DNA from: Planctomycetota bacterium
GTDB lineage: Bacteria > Planctomycetota > UBA1135 > UBA2386
Direction: 5' to 3'
NCBI GenBank assembly: GCA_947501605.1
Contig: CANMWZ010000010.1
Span: 1-64,000, forward strand
DNA: 64,000 bases
In this document: piece after piece, positions 18,672-28,381 of the stretch
Numbering within the stretch: the first letter of the stretch is position 1
How the letters are laid out: each line of letters opens with the position of its first letter
Translations under genes and position numbers: made by a program
Notes under the pieces: model-generated
What the model saw: the letters and a program-made list of their open reading frames with translations, nothing else
Told to the model about the DNA's origin: nothing
Database searches by the model: none

Positions 18672-19727
18672 TCAGCCGCCGGCGCCCATGCTTTGGCCGG
18701 CCCACAGGCCGGCAAAGTAGGCGGGTAACTGCCGAAGGTCGCGGCCGCGCAGCGCGCACAGCAGCGGATGCACCAGCCAGGCATGGGCCAAGAAGAGGCG
18801 GCGCTGCACGCCGGTCATGGTTCGCCTCGATAGCCGCACTTGGTCGCAGGCGTGCCCACCAATGAGGTGGTTACGGAGTATCCGATCGTCGTCGTACTCA
18901 ACCGTGGCCGCTTGCGTCACCCAGATCGCACGACCGATGGCGCGGACCCGCAGACAGAGGTCCGCATCGGCGCCGCTGCGTTGATAGCTCGCGTCGCGAC
19001 GGATCCCCATGCGGAGCAAGGCGGCATCCACGAGCATGCACGCTCCTGAGGCGAAGTCCGCCTCGCACTCGGTGGCGCCGCTGGACGCAGTCGACTCGGA
19101 CGGCACCGCTGCGAGTGTGGCGAGCGATCGTCTTGGCTGGACCTGATCGCAGCGCGGTGCCACGACGCGACAGCCAACGATGCCGACGTCCGGCCGCCGA
19201 TCGGAACAACTACGCATCGCCTGCAGCGTCCCCGGGCGGAGTCGGGCTGCGGCTGACAGGAGCAGGACCGAGGCCGCGCTCGGATGGAACTGCATCGCTG
19301 CGTCGATGCCGCGATTGGCCGCCTCGATCTCGGTGTCGTGCGCTCTCGCCTCGACGGCGCGCACAAACCTCGAGTTGGCGATGCGAGCGCGGATCTCCGT
19401 GACTTCGGCGCACTCTCGCGCACCGACGACCAGCACCACGGTCGTGCTGGGGGCGTGCTCTTCGATGCTGGCGAGGCAGGCGGAGGTCGAGTTGGCACTG
19501 CGACCATGAACAACCACGGCCACTGCTCCGGCTCCCTGCGTTCCGTGTCGGGTGTCGGCGGGGGCCGCAGGCAGGCGCGCGGTCGCCGAAGTCGAGGTCG
19601 TCACGGTGGGCCCGATCGGCTCGCCCGTGACCCTGCTACAGCCAGAGGGCCTAGGAACGTCCCAGGACGGGGCCGCAGGGGTGAAAGCGAGCCGCGGTCG
19701 GGTGGGGGTTGCGGCGGTCGGTGGCAT
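18672..19727 (-). CDS. GT2-family glycosyltransferase-like protein (degenerate motifs; start uncertain)
   Basis: ACLASI, AANRGI, PDVGIVGCRV, DFASGACMLV and DADLCLRVR match the GT2/WbbL-like layout. Confidence 0.6.
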   Translation of the reverse strand: MPPTAATPTRPRLAFTPAAPSWDVPRPSGCSRVTGEPIGPTVTTSTSATARLPAAPADTRHGTQGAGAVAVVVHGRSANSTSACLASIEEHAPSTTVVLVVGARECAEVTEIRARIANSRFVRAVEARAHDTEIEAANRGIDAAMQFHPSAASVLLLSAAARLRPGTLQAMRSCSDRRPDVGIVGCRVVAPRCDQVQPRRSLATLAAVPSESTASSGATECEADFASGACMLVDAALLRMGIRRDASYQRSGADADLCLRVRAIGRAIWVTQAATVEYDDDRILRNHLIGGHACDQVRLSRRTMTGVQRRLFLAHAWLVHPLLCALRGRDLRQLPAYFAGLWAGQSMGAGG

Positions 19728-19773
19728 CCGCCTAGCCCGGGTCGAGGAGCGGTTTGGCGAAAGGGCGGAACGT

Positions 19774-19801
19774 TTGAAACATCAGCGCGTCGTGATACAT
19801 T
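19774..19801 (+). promoter_or_regulatory. Putative sigma70 promoter with overlapping ATCA-N8-TGAT operator
   Basis: -35 TTGAAA (19774-79), 16-nt spacer, extended -10 TGaTACATT (19793-19801). Palindrome ATCA-gcgcgtcg-TGAT at 19781-19796. Confidence 0.5.
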
Positions 19802-19811
19802 GATTCACTCG

Positions 19812-20801
19812 ATGGCGACTGCCCTTGCGAACCTGACTTCGGCCCTCAAGCTGCTCTCGGATCCGGTCCGGTTGCGGCTTTGCGGGCTGCTCGCTCGCAA
19901 CGAGCTGGCGGTTCAGGAGATGGTCGCCGTAACGGGCATGCAGCAAAGCCGCATCAGCAACCACCTGGCGCTGTTGAAGCGGTCCGGGCTGGTGCGAGAC
20001 CGCCGCGAGGGCACCTGGAGTTTTCACTCGCTGGTCGAGCCGCAAGCAACTGGGCCGCTGTCGCCCGAGCTGTTCACTGCCGCGATCGAGCCGTGGTTGG
20101 CGAGTCCCGAAGGGCTGCGGGATCTGCATGCACTTTCGGCGATTCTCGAGCAACGACGCGAGAAGAGCCGCAGCGCGCATGACCGGCTGGCGGAGCGGTG
20201 GGAGGCGCGGCAGGACTTTGCCCAGGGATCGCTGCGCGCCGAAGTGATGGCGCTAGCGTGGCCACAGGGTTTCATCGTCGCCGATCTTGGTTGCGGTACC
20301 GGCTTCCTGACGGCGCAGCTCGCGGGTTCGGCGCACCGCGTGATCGCCGTCGATCACAGTCCCCGAATGCTGGCGGCAGCGGCCAAGAAGCAGCTGCCGT
20401 CCAACTGCGAGTTCCGTCGCGGCGAACTCGACGCTTTGCCGATCGATGACGCCTGCATCGATGCCGCGTTCGCCAACCTCGTATGGCATCACCTGCCGGA
20501 CCTTGCCGCTGCCGCGCGCGAAGTGTTCCGGATCCTCAAGCCGGGTGGCGCGGTCGTCATTTCCGACTTGTTCCCACACGAGAGCGAGTGGATGCGAGAG
20601 TCGCTGGGCGATCTTCGCCTTGGCCTCAAGCCCGAACAGGTGATTGCTGCGCTCGCCCAAGCTGGCTTCCATGCGCTGCGTCACGAGCGCGCCGTGGACC
20701 GCTATCGCGGCCAGCCGCCTCTTGGCGGTGAAATCGAATTGCCCATGTTCCTCGTGCGCGGCCAAAAGCCGTCGCGCACGAACGATGTCCTTGCCTCCTG
20801 A
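19812..20801 (+). CDS. sahR: ArsR-HTH + SAM-methyltransferase-fold regulator (SahR-like)
   Basis: LKLLSDPVRLRL...QSRISNHLALLKRSGLV (ArsR HTH) fused to VADLGCGTG domain, directly upstream of ahcY. Confidence 0.82.
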   Translation: MATALANLTSALKLLSDPVRLRLCGLLARNELAVQEMVAVTGMQQSRISNHLALLKRSGLVRDRREGTWSFHSLVEPQATGPLSPELFTAAIEPWLASPEGLRDLHALSAILEQRREKSRSAHDRLAERWEARQDFAQGSLRAEVMALAWPQGFIVADLGCGTGFLTAQLAGSAHRVIAVDHSPRMLAAAAKKQLPSNCEFRRGELDALPIDDACIDAAFANLVWHHLPDLAAAAREVFRILKPGGAVVISDLFPHESEWMRESLGDLRLGLKPEQVIAALAQAGFHALRHERAVDRYRGQPPLGGEIELPMFLVRGQKPSRTNDVLAS

Positions 20802-20829
20802 TCCAAACCTTCGTCAAGATACATAGACC

Positions 20830-22329
20830 ATGACCACCCTGCAGAAGCCCAAGACCAACCCCACCAAGGCCGCTACCAAGCAAGGCGGCGTGCTCAGCGC
20901 CGACGACTTCAAGGTGAAGGACTTGGCGCTCGCCGAGTTCGGCCGCAAGGAGATCGAGCTCGCTGAAATCGAGATGCCAGGCCTGATGGCGCTGCGCGCC
21001 GAGAACCGAAAGAAGCGCCCGCTTACCGGGGCGCGTATCACGGGCTCGCTGCACATGACGATCCAGACGGCTGTGCTGATCGAGACGCTGGTCGAACTCG
21101 GCGCCGAAGTGCGTTGGGCTTCGTGCAACATCTTCAGCACGCAAGATCACGCGGCGGCAGCGATCGCTGTCGGCCCCAAGGGCACGGTCGACAAGCCGAA
21201 AGGCGTGCCGGTCTTCGCCTGGAAGGGTGAAACGCTGGCCGAGTACTGGTGGTGCACCGAGCGCGCACTCGAGTGGGGCACCGAGGGCCCGAACATGATC
21301 CTCGATGACGGCGGCGACGCGACCATGATGGTCATGAAGGGTGCCGAGTGGGAGAAGGCTGGCAAGGTCCCGGGCACCAAGGCGGGCGACGCTGAGGACT
21401 GGGTCGAGTTGCTGAAGTGCCTCAAGGCCTCGGTCGCGAAGTTCCCCGGCAAGTACACCAAGATGCTCGCGGGCATCCGCGGCGTCACCGAGGAAACGAC
21501 GACTGGCGTTCATCGCCTCTACATGCTGCAGAAGGAAGGCAAGCTGCCGTTCCCGGCGATGAATGTGAACGACAGTGTCACGAAGTCGAAGTTCGACAAC
21601 GTCTACGGCTGCCGGCACTCGTTGGTTGATGGCCTGATGCGCGCCACGGACGTCATGCTCTCGGGCAAGGTCGCGGTCGTCTGCGGCTACGGTGACGTAG
21701 GCAAGGGCTGCGCGCAGTCGCTGAAGGGCCAGGGCGCTCGCGTCATCGTGACCGAGATCGATCCGATCTGCGCGCTGCAGGCGGCGATGGAGGGCTATCA
21801 GGTCCTCACGCTCGAAGACTGCGTTTCCTACGCCGATGTGTTCGTCACGGCGACCGGTAATTTCCAGGTCATCACCGTCGACCACATGAAGGCGATGAAG
21901 AACAACGCGATCGTCGCGAACATCGGCCACTTCGACAACGAGATCGACATGCAGGGTCTCGCCAAGGTCGAGGGCGTTCGTCGCGACATCATCAAGCCGC
22001 AGACCGATCGTTGGATCTTTGCCGACGGTCATGGCGTCATCGTCCTCGCGGAAGGTCGCCTGATGAACCTCGGTTGCGCCACGGGCCACCCGAGCTTCGT
22101 GATGAGCAATAGCTTCAGCAACCAGGTGATCGCGCAGATCGAGATCTTCAACAACCACAAGAGCTACGACAAGGCGGTCTATGTGCTGCCCAAGCACCTC
22201 GACGAGAAGGTTGCGCGCCTGCACCTCGAGAAGCTCGGTGTGAAGCTGACGAAGCTCAGCAAGAAGCAGGCAGAGTACTTGAGCGTGTCGGTCGACGGTC
22301 CGTTCAAGGCCGGCCACTACCGCTACTGA
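20830..22329 (+). CDS. ahcY: S-adenosylhomocysteine hydrolase
   Basis: [64 protein letters not shown]-terminal HYRY. Confidence 0.98.
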   Translation: MTTLQKPKTNPTKAATKQGGVLSADDFKVKDLALAEFGRKEIELAEIEMPGLMALRAENRKKRPLTGARITGSLHMTIQTAVLIETLVELGAEVRWASCNIFSTQDHAAAAIAVGPKGTVDKPKGVPVFAWKGETLAEYWWCTERALEWGTEGPNMILDDGGDATMMVMKGAEWEKAGKVPGTKAGDAEDWVELLKCLKASVAKFPGKYTKMLAGIRGVTEETTTGVHRLYMLQKEGKLPFPAMNVNDSVTKSKFDNVYGCRHSLVDGLMRATDVMLSGKVAVVCGYGDVGKGCAQSLKGQGARVIVTEIDPICALQAAMEGYQVLTLEDCVSYADVFVTATGNFQVITVDHMKAMKNNAIVANIGHFDNEIDMQGLAKVEGVRRDIIKPQTDRWIFADGHGVIVLAEGRLMNLGCATGHPSFVMSNSFSNQVIAQIEIFNNHKSYDKAVYVLPKHLDEKVARLHLEKLGVKLTKLSKKQAEYLSVSVDGPFKAGHYRY

Positions 22330-22332
22330 TCG

Positions 22333-23001
22333 ATGCGCCCGCACGACGGGGTCGACCTGGCGCGCGTCGGTGACGCATTCGTCGACGACGCGCGCGACCG
22401 CACGGTCAAGCGCGGGTATCTGAGGCACCTGGTCGGTGCCTCGCGCGTGCTCGATGTCGGCTGTGGCGCGGGCCGCTTTCTAGACATCTTGAAGGCGGCG
22501 GGCATCGACTGCCTTGGTATCGACCAGAGCCAGGCTGCGTGCGCGCAGTGTGCCCGGCTCGAGCATCGGGTGCTGCACGGTGACGCCTTGGTGCTCCTGC
22601 GCCGTCTGCACGAGGAGCGTGAACGGTTCGAGGGCGCACTGTTGGCGCACGTGGTCGAGCACTTGCCGGCGGCGTCCGTGTTGGAGTTGTTCGCCGCCAT
22701 CGGGCGTGTGCTGACGCCGGGTGGCAAGCTGGTGGTCGTCACACCGAACGTGCGCAACCTCATCGTGCTGCAGGAGGTCTTCTGGCTCGATCCAACGCAC
22801 GTTCGCCCGTACCCGCGGGCACTGCTCGCGCAGATCGGCATGGCCGCCGGCCTGCACGCAGTAGCGAGTTACGACGACCCGGCGACGGTGCCGGTACGCT
22901 CGCCGCTGCGGCGGGCGATCGCATCGCTGCGCAGTGTGTTGTCGGGTGCCGATCGCAGTGCACCGATGGATGCAGTCGTCGTGTTCACCGCGCCGGCGTG
23001 A
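22333..23001 (+). CDS. Class I SAM-dependent methyltransferase
   Basis: VLDVGCGAG, HVVEHL, LTPGGKLVVVTPN, FWLDPTHVRPY. Confidence 0.88.
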   Translation: MRPHDGVDLARVGDAFVDDARDRTVKRGYLRHLVGASRVLDVGCGAGRFLDILKAAGIDCLGIDQSQAACAQCARLEHRVLHGDALVLLRRLHEERERFEGALLAHVVEHLPAASVLELFAAIGRVLTPGGKLVVVTPNVRNLIVLQEVFWLDPTHVRPYPRALLAQIGMAAGLHAVASYDDPATVPVRSPLRRAIASLRSVLSGADRSAPMDAVVVFTAPA

Positions 23002-23007
23002 TCGCCT

Positions 23008-24090
23008 TCAGCTTCGGCGCAACAAGTAGCGATCGGTCATGCCTGCCAGGTAGTCGCAGACCACGCGCTCGACTCCGGCGCCACGAATCCGGCCGCGGTG
23101 TGACTCCGGCAGTTGCGAAGGGTCAGCAAGCAGTCCGAGAAAGCGTGCACGAATTGCGGCTGCACCAGCGTTCATCACCGTCAGCACTCGTTCGTTGCGG
23201 TAGAAGCGCTCGCGCAAGAACTCGAGCAGCTCATTGGCGGCTACCGTGCGCGCGTCCGAATGCGTGATCCGCGGCGGGCCGCTGGACAGCAGCCGGTAGC
23301 GGAGCGCCGAGTCCGTGGTCTCGACGAGGTCTGTAGTCAGGAGCCCAGTGATGCGACTGACGACGCGGTGGCGCAGTGGTGTGCCGGCCAGCTCTTCGGC
23401 CTCGCGCCAAAGGCGCAGTTCGCGGGCAGCGTCGATGACGAAGAGCCCGGCGCGCAGGCCGTCGTCGAGGTCATGCGCGAGATAGGCGATTTTGTCGCAG
23501 AGATCGACGACATGGGCCTCGAGCGGTGGCGGCTGCTTGGGCAGCAGGTCTAGCGCCAGGGGGAAGCCATCTGGAACTCGCCCTTTCAGCAGGCTGCGAC
23601 GCAGCATTTGGGTGAGGTTGAGCCCGTAGCCATAGCCGTAGCGGTCTTCGAGGGTGTCGACGACGCGCGCGCCCTGCGCATTGTGGCGGAAGCCGCCGTG
23701 TCCCTGCATCAGCTCGTCGAGCGCGTGTTCGCCGACATGGCCGAAGGGCGGGTGGCCGAGGTCGTGGGCAAGGGCGATGGCTTCGCACAGGTCGCCGTTC
23801 AGTTGCAGCGCGTTGGCGACGCTGCGGGCGATCTGCGACACCTCGAGCGAATGGGTCAGGCGCGATCGGTAGTGATCGCCTTCGAATGCGGCGACGACCT
23901 GCGTCTTGCCCTGCAGTCGACGGAAGGCGGTGCTGTGGATGATCCGATCGCGGTCGCGCTGGAAGGTCGTGCGCAGCGAGTCCTCCTCTTCGGGCAGGCG
24001 GCGCCCTCCTGAGTCACGACTGCGCGTAGCCCATGGGGACAGGCTGTGTACCTCGCGGTCTTCCTGATCTTCGCGGCGTAGCCAGGACAT
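23008..24090 (-). CDS. dgt: dGTP triphosphohydrolase-like HD-domain protein
   Basis: FQRDRDRIIHSTAFRRLQGKTQV, RLTHSLEV, AHDLGHPPFGH, IAYLAHDLDD, DYLAGMTDRY. Confidence 0.93.
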   Translation of the reverse strand: MSWLRREDQEDREVHSLSPWATRSRDSGGRRLPEEEDSLRTTFQRDRDRIIHSTAFRRLQGKTQVVAAFEGDHYRSRLTHSLEVSQIARSVANALQLNGDLCEAIALAHDLGHPPFGHVGEHALDELMQGHGGFRHNAQGARVVDTLEDRYGYGYGLNLTQMLRRSLLKGRVPDGFPLALDLLPKQPPPLEAHVVDLCDKIAYLAHDLDDGLRAGLFVIDAARELRLWREAEELAGTPLRHRVVSRITGLLTTDLVETTDSALRYRLLSSGPPRITHSDARTVAANELLEFLRERFYRNERVLTVMNAGAAAIRARFLGLLADPSQLPESHRGRIRGAGVERVVCDYLAGMTDRYLLRRS

Positions 24091-24117
24091 CGCGGTTTCC
24101 GCGGCGGCAAAGGCAAC

Positions 24118-24142
24118 GCCCGGCAGGACGAGCCTGCCGGGC
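24118..24142 (-). terminator. Hairpin immediately 3' of tRNA-Glu
   Basis: GCCCGGCAGG / CCTGCCGGGC 10-bp stem, with a weak U-tract (GTTGCCTTT) on the minus strand. Confidence 0.55.
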
Positions 24143-24145
24143 GAT

Positions 24146-24221
24146 TGGTACCCCCTAGGGGATTTGAACCCCTGTCACATGGCTGAGAACCACGGATCCT
24201 AGGCCGCTAGACGAAGGGGGC
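24146..24221 (-). tRNA. tRNA-Glu(CTC)
   Basis: Reverse complement GCCCCCTTCGTCTAGCGGCCTAGGATCCGTGGTTCTCAGCCATGTGACAGGGGTTCAAATCCCCTAGGGGGTACCA: 76 nt, CTC anticodon, CCA end. Confidence 0.95.
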
Positions 24222-24383
24222 TTAGGGCCGAACTTTCTAGGCAGCGGTCTGGCGCGGGTCAAGAGTCTTGTTCCGCTCGCGGAATACGCGGCGGTAACGC
24301 CCGTTCTGCTGCGCCTTGCGTCAACCTGACGACGCTACCGTGTCGATCACGTTCCAGGTCCTCGCAAGCGTGCCAACGCCACC

Positions 24384-25643
24384 ATGAACCCAATCTCCTC
24401 CGGTCTGCTCTCCGCGCTATTGCTGCTAACTGCCGTTGTCCAAGGCTGGCTCGGCGTCTACCTCGATGAGGACAGCGAGGTGCCACGCGTGGTCGAGTGC
24501 GTGCCCGGCTCGCCGGCCGAAGCGGCGGGCCTGAGGCCGGGCGATGTGATCCTTGCGATCGATGGCGAGGCACTGGCGACCCGCGCAGCCTTGACGGCCG
24601 CCATCCGCAGCAAGCCGGCAGGCCAGGAGATTGTGCTGCGCATCGACCGCAACGGCTCCGAGAAGACTCTGAACGTGACTCTCGCCGAAGTCCCGCCTGC
24701 AGGTGGTGTCCCACCCGAGCCCGCCGCGCCGACGCCGTCGTTGCGGCCCGGTAGAGTCCCACCTGGTCCGGCTGCCGCACCCGCGGCCGAGCCAAGCTCT
24801 GGCCGCCCCTTCCTCGGTATCGCGGTTGTCCAGCAGGCGGCTGGTCTGACCGTCGCCCGCGTCTTGGACAACTCACCAGCCAGGCGGGCAGGCTTCGAAC
24901 GGGGCGATGTCTTGCTGCGGGTCGGCGAGCGAACGCTGCGCGCGTCGTCAGGACTCGACGAGGTCCTCGCCACCGCGCGCGCTGGCTCGAAGTGCACGTT
25001 CGTGGTGCAGCGCGGCGACGCGGAGCGCTCGCTGGAGGTGCAGTTTGGCGGCAGTGGCAGCGGTGAGGCGAACTCGCCCGAATCCGTGCCTGATTCGTCG
25101 GCTTCCCGCCGCGCTGCTGCCGAGGGCCGCGCGCCCATCCTCGACGACTACGACGCGGCAATGACCGCGGCTGAAGCCAGCGGGCTCGACGTGCTCGTGG
25201 TCTACGGCCGCCAGAAGAGTGGCCCGAGCCAGGCGCAGCGCCGCGCCCTCGAAGCGGAGGGCGTACTGGAAGCCCTCTCAGGGTTCGTGGTGGTCTACGT
25301 GGACATCGACAAGGAGCGCGAGCTGAGCGCCGCGCACAAGGTCGAGACGGTCCCCACCGTCGAGATCCAGAAGAAGGGCAAGGTGGTCTGGCAGCATGCG
25401 GGCTATCTGCCGCCTGAGGCTCTGCGCAAGGCACTCAGGTCGGAGCCGCAGGCTCGCACGCGCCGCCCGCAGCGAGCGGCAGCGCCCGACACAGCGCCCG
25501 ACGCGGCCTCGGCCTCCCCGGAAATCGCGGGCTCCGCCGCCGAAGTGCGTGACGAGATCGCGCGCCTGCGCGCCGAAGTCGAGGCTCTGCGTGCCGAACT
25601 CGAGAAGCTGCGCGGCGAACGCCGGCCGAGTCGACGGCAGTAG
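24384..25643 (+). CDS. Exported protein: two PDZ domains + thioredoxin-like fold + C-terminal coiled coil
   Basis: WLGV...GSPAEAAGLRPGDVI and FLGI...NSPARRAGFERGDVL (PDZ). DYDAAM...VVVYVDIDKERELS...VETVPT (Trx fold). Confidence 0.8.
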   Translation: MNPISSGLLSALLLLTAVVQGWLGVYLDEDSEVPRVVECVPGSPAEAAGLRPGDVILAIDGEALATRAALTAAIRSKPAGQEIVLRIDRNGSEKTLNVTLAEVPPAGGVPPEPAAPTPSLRPGRVPPGPAAAPAAEPSSGRPFLGIAVVQQAAGLTVARVLDNSPARRAGFERGDVLLRVGERTLRASSGLDEVLATARAGSKCTFVVQRGDAERSLEVQFGGSGSGEANSPESVPDSSASRRAAAEGRAPILDDYDAAMTAAEASGLDVLVVYGRQKSGPSQAQRRALEAEGVLEALSGFVVVYVDIDKERELSAAHKVETVPTVEIQKKGKVVWQHAGYLPPEALRKALRSEPQARTRRPQRAAAPDTAPDAASASPEIAGSAAEVRDEIARLRAEVEALRAELEKLRGERRPSRRQ

Positions 25644-25765
25644 GACGGAGGGAATAGGCGGCCGGCGGCCGCGTCGGAGTCCGCCCCTCGACGCGAGGCT
25701 CAGAAGGGCCGTTCGATCCGGTCCACACCAAGTGGTGATCGCGCGGGACGAGGCCTCGCGTTCTA

Positions 25766-26854
25766 ATGCCGCCGCCAATGCCCAGTCGACCCACCCCCGT
25801 GCCGCACGCACCGCCTGCTCCGCGCGCGTCCACACCGGCCGACGTGCGGGGGCATTTGGGTGAGGTGGTGGTCACTGGCGGCGCTGGCTTTCTGGGCTCC
25901 CATCTGGTCGAGCAGTTGCTGCGCGAAGGCCACTGGGTCCACGTGCTGGATGACCTATCCTCCGGTTCCTTCGAGAACCTCGCCGTCGTGCGCGATCATC
26001 CGCGCTTGCGGCTGACGATCGGCTCGGCGGCCGATCCAGCGATTGCGCAGCGAGTCTGCAATTCAGCAAGCGCTGTGTTCCACCTCGCGGGCATGGTCGG
26101 AGTGCAGCGCCTCGCTGCCGAGCCCCTGGTCGTCATGCAGGGCAATCTGCGCTGCACCGAGGTCATGCTGGAGGCCGCCGCTGCAGCGCGCTTGCCGATC
26201 CTGATCGCTTCGAGTTCTGAGGTCTATGGCCAGGGACCGGTGCCGTTTCGTGAGTGCGACCCGGTCCGCCCCGGCTCGACTCAGAATCTGCGAGGCGGCT
26301 ATGCCTGCGCCAAGGCGATGGGTGAGTGGTTGGCGCTGGCGCACAACCACCAGCAGGGTCTGCCGGTCACCATCGCTCGGTTGTTCAATGTCGTCGGGCC
26401 GCGGCAAAACGGTGCCTACGGCATGGTTCTGCCGCGCTTCTTGCAGCAAGCGCGAACCGGTCAGCCGATCACTGTCTTTGGCGACGGCAGCCAGACCCGT
26501 TGCTTTGGCGGTGTGCGTGAGATTGCACGGGCCTTGGCGCAGTTGCTGGCGACACCAGCTGCGCGCGGTCAGTGCGTGAACGTCGGCAGCGATCGCGAGA
26601 TCACGGTGCTGCAGCTTGCAGAGATCGTGCGCGCTGCACTCGGCAGCCGTTCTCCGATCGTGCTCGTCCCGCACGATCGCGTGTTCCCGAAGAGCTTCGT
26701 CGATCCACATCGCCGAGTGCCGAGTCTCGACCGATTGCGCGAGTTGATCGGCTGGGTGCCCGAGCAGCGGATCGAGTCGATTGTCGAGGAGCTCGCTGCG
26801 GCGGAGCCGTCGCCGAGCGTTCAGCGCGCGCTGGCAGCGCGCGCTTTCTCGTAG
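25766..26854 (+). CDS. NAD-dependent nucleotide-sugar epimerase/dehydratase
   Basis: VTGGAGFLGSH, SSSEVYG, YACAK (YxxxK), RLFNVVGPRQ, GDGSQTRCF. Confidence 0.92.
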   Translation: MPPPMPSRPTPVPHAPPAPRASTPADVRGHLGEVVVTGGAGFLGSHLVEQLLREGHWVHVLDDLSSGSFENLAVVRDHPRLRLTIGSAADPAIAQRVCNSASAVFHLAGMVGVQRLAAEPLVVMQGNLRCTEVMLEAAAAARLPILIASSSEVYGQGPVPFRECDPVRPGSTQNLRGGYACAKAMGEWLALAHNHQQGLPVTIARLFNVVGPRQNGAYGMVLPRFLQQARTGQPITVFGDGSQTRCFGGVREIARALAQLLATPAARGQCVNVGSDREITVLQLAEIVRAALGSRSPIVLVPHDRVFPKSFVDPHRRVPSLDRLRELIGWVPEQRIESIVEELAAAEPSPSVQRALAARAFS

Positions 26855-28206
26855 TTCGACTGCGCTGTCGCGTCATCGGGCAGCTGCTGCGCTGCCTTTG
26901 CAAAGTGAGCGAGCGCGCGAGTGCCGTCGCCGCGTTGATAGTGGCAGATGCCCAGGTTCGTGTGTGCCAGTGCCACGCCTTTGCTCGCCGCCTCCTCCAG
27001 CAACGGCAAGGCCTCCTCGAAGCGGCGCTGCTCGACTCGGACTGCCCCGAGTCGATTGAGCAGGGTTGCGTCACCAGGCTTGAGCGAGAGTGCCGTCGCG
27101 AAGTCCATCGCGGCAGCATCGAGGTCGCCCTGCCTTTGTGAGTGTTCCCCGAGATGGACCAGCAGGTCGCAGGCTTGATCGAGCGGGAACCAGCACGCCG
27201 ACAGCGCCCAGCGCCATAGCTTCCGGGCCTGTGGAGCTTGGTCGAGGTGAAGGTGGCACAGCCCAAGTTGCGTGACGGCGCCGGAGTGAAGCGGGCAGCG
27301 TGCGAGCAGTGCTTGCAGCAATGGCCGGGCTTGTGCCCATTGGCCATGTTGGCAATGCCATCGTGCGAGCCACCAGTCGGCGTCGGGCCATGCTGGATGC
27401 AGCCGCTGCGCCGCCATCGCCGCCAGCGCTGCCGCACCGAGGTCGTTGGTCATCGATGCCAGCACCGCGCGACCGGCCGGATCGCGCTGCCACTTCTTGG
27501 CGAACACCGCGTGCTGGCGACGGATCTCCTGGTGCACGTCGATGCCGAGCGCGCGGAATGACTGGTGGGCTTCGTGATGCAAGTACGCGTCGCGGGCGAT
27601 CACGAGTCGGAGACCCAAGAGGCGGGCACGAAGGCACAGGTCGTCGTCTTCGAAGTTGCCAGGCATGAACCGCTCGTCGAATCCCGAGAGTCGTTGCCAC
27701 GTGCTGCGCAGCGCCAGCAGGCATAGGCCCGAGAGCGAATCGACATCTTGCACCAGACCGTCGCACGGCTGACAGAGTTCGCGTTCGAGTCGTTCGCGGC
27801 CCTCTACGGTGGCGCCCAGTTCGCCGACAGCGACCCGCGCATCGCCCTTCACGCGGTTGCTGATCGGTGCGGCAAAGCCGATGCGGTCGTCGCCGCCGAG
27901 TGCCCGGTGGAGGCGCGTCAGCATCGACGGAGCGGCTTGCGTGTCGTTGTTGAGAACGAGCACGAAGGGTGCAGTCGCCGCCGCCAGTCCGCGATTGCAG
28001 GCTCCGGCAAAGCCCAGGTTGCGGGTCTGAACCAGCACGCGAACCCGCTCGGTCACCGATGCGAGTGCCTGCGTCGCCGGGTCGTTCTGGTTGTCGACCA
28101 GTACGATCTCGAGTTCGTGGCCACCGGTCTGCGCCCGCAAGCTGGCGATACATGCGCGAGTCAAGTCGGCGCGGCCCAGGCACGGGATGACAACAGAACA
28201 GTACAT
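26821..28206 (-). CDS. GT2 glycosyltransferase with C-terminal TPR repeats
   Basis: SVVIP, LVDN, NLGFAGACNRG, LNNDT, GFDERF, FEDDDLCLR, followed by TPR helices (AHTNLGICHY). Confidence 0.88.
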   Translation of the reverse strand: MYCSVVIPCLGRADLTRACIASLRAQTGGHELEIVLVDNQNDPATQALASVTERVRVLVQTRNLGFAGACNRGLAAATAPFVLVLNNDTQAAPSMLTRLHRALGGDDRIGFAAPISNRVKGDARVAVGELGATVEGRERLERELCQPCDGLVQDVDSLSGLCLLALRSTWQRLSGFDERFMPGNFEDDDLCLRARLLGLRLVIARDAYLHHEAHQSFRALGIDVHQEIRRQHAVFAKKWQRDPAGRAVLASMTNDLGAAALAAMAAQRLHPAWPDADWWLARWHCQHGQWAQARPLLQALLARCPLHSGAVTQLGLCHLHLDQAPQARKLWRWALSACWFPLDQACDLLVHLGEHSQRQGDLDAAAMDFATALSLKPGDATLLNRLGAVRVEQRRFEEALPLLEEAASKGVALAHTNLGICHYQRGDGTRALAHFAKAAQQLPDDATAQSNYEKARAASAR

Positions 28207-28381
28207 CGATCCCGTGATCGGCAAGATGGGGGGGCTAACCCAACGCGCCCTGCTATCGGGCCGAACGACCTTCGGCGAAGGCACCTCCGACCGTTTGCGC
28301 CGCGCCGGTCGGCGCGGTCGCCGGCGGCGGCCAGGCGAGCCGGGTTGTCGGCGGCAAAGAAAGGGCTACGCTGCTCGGCCT

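Noticed and set aside
23008..24090. dGTPase as an anti-phage defence gene
   Set aside because: It is a short housekeeping-type dgt in a core-gene context with no neighbouring defence genes.
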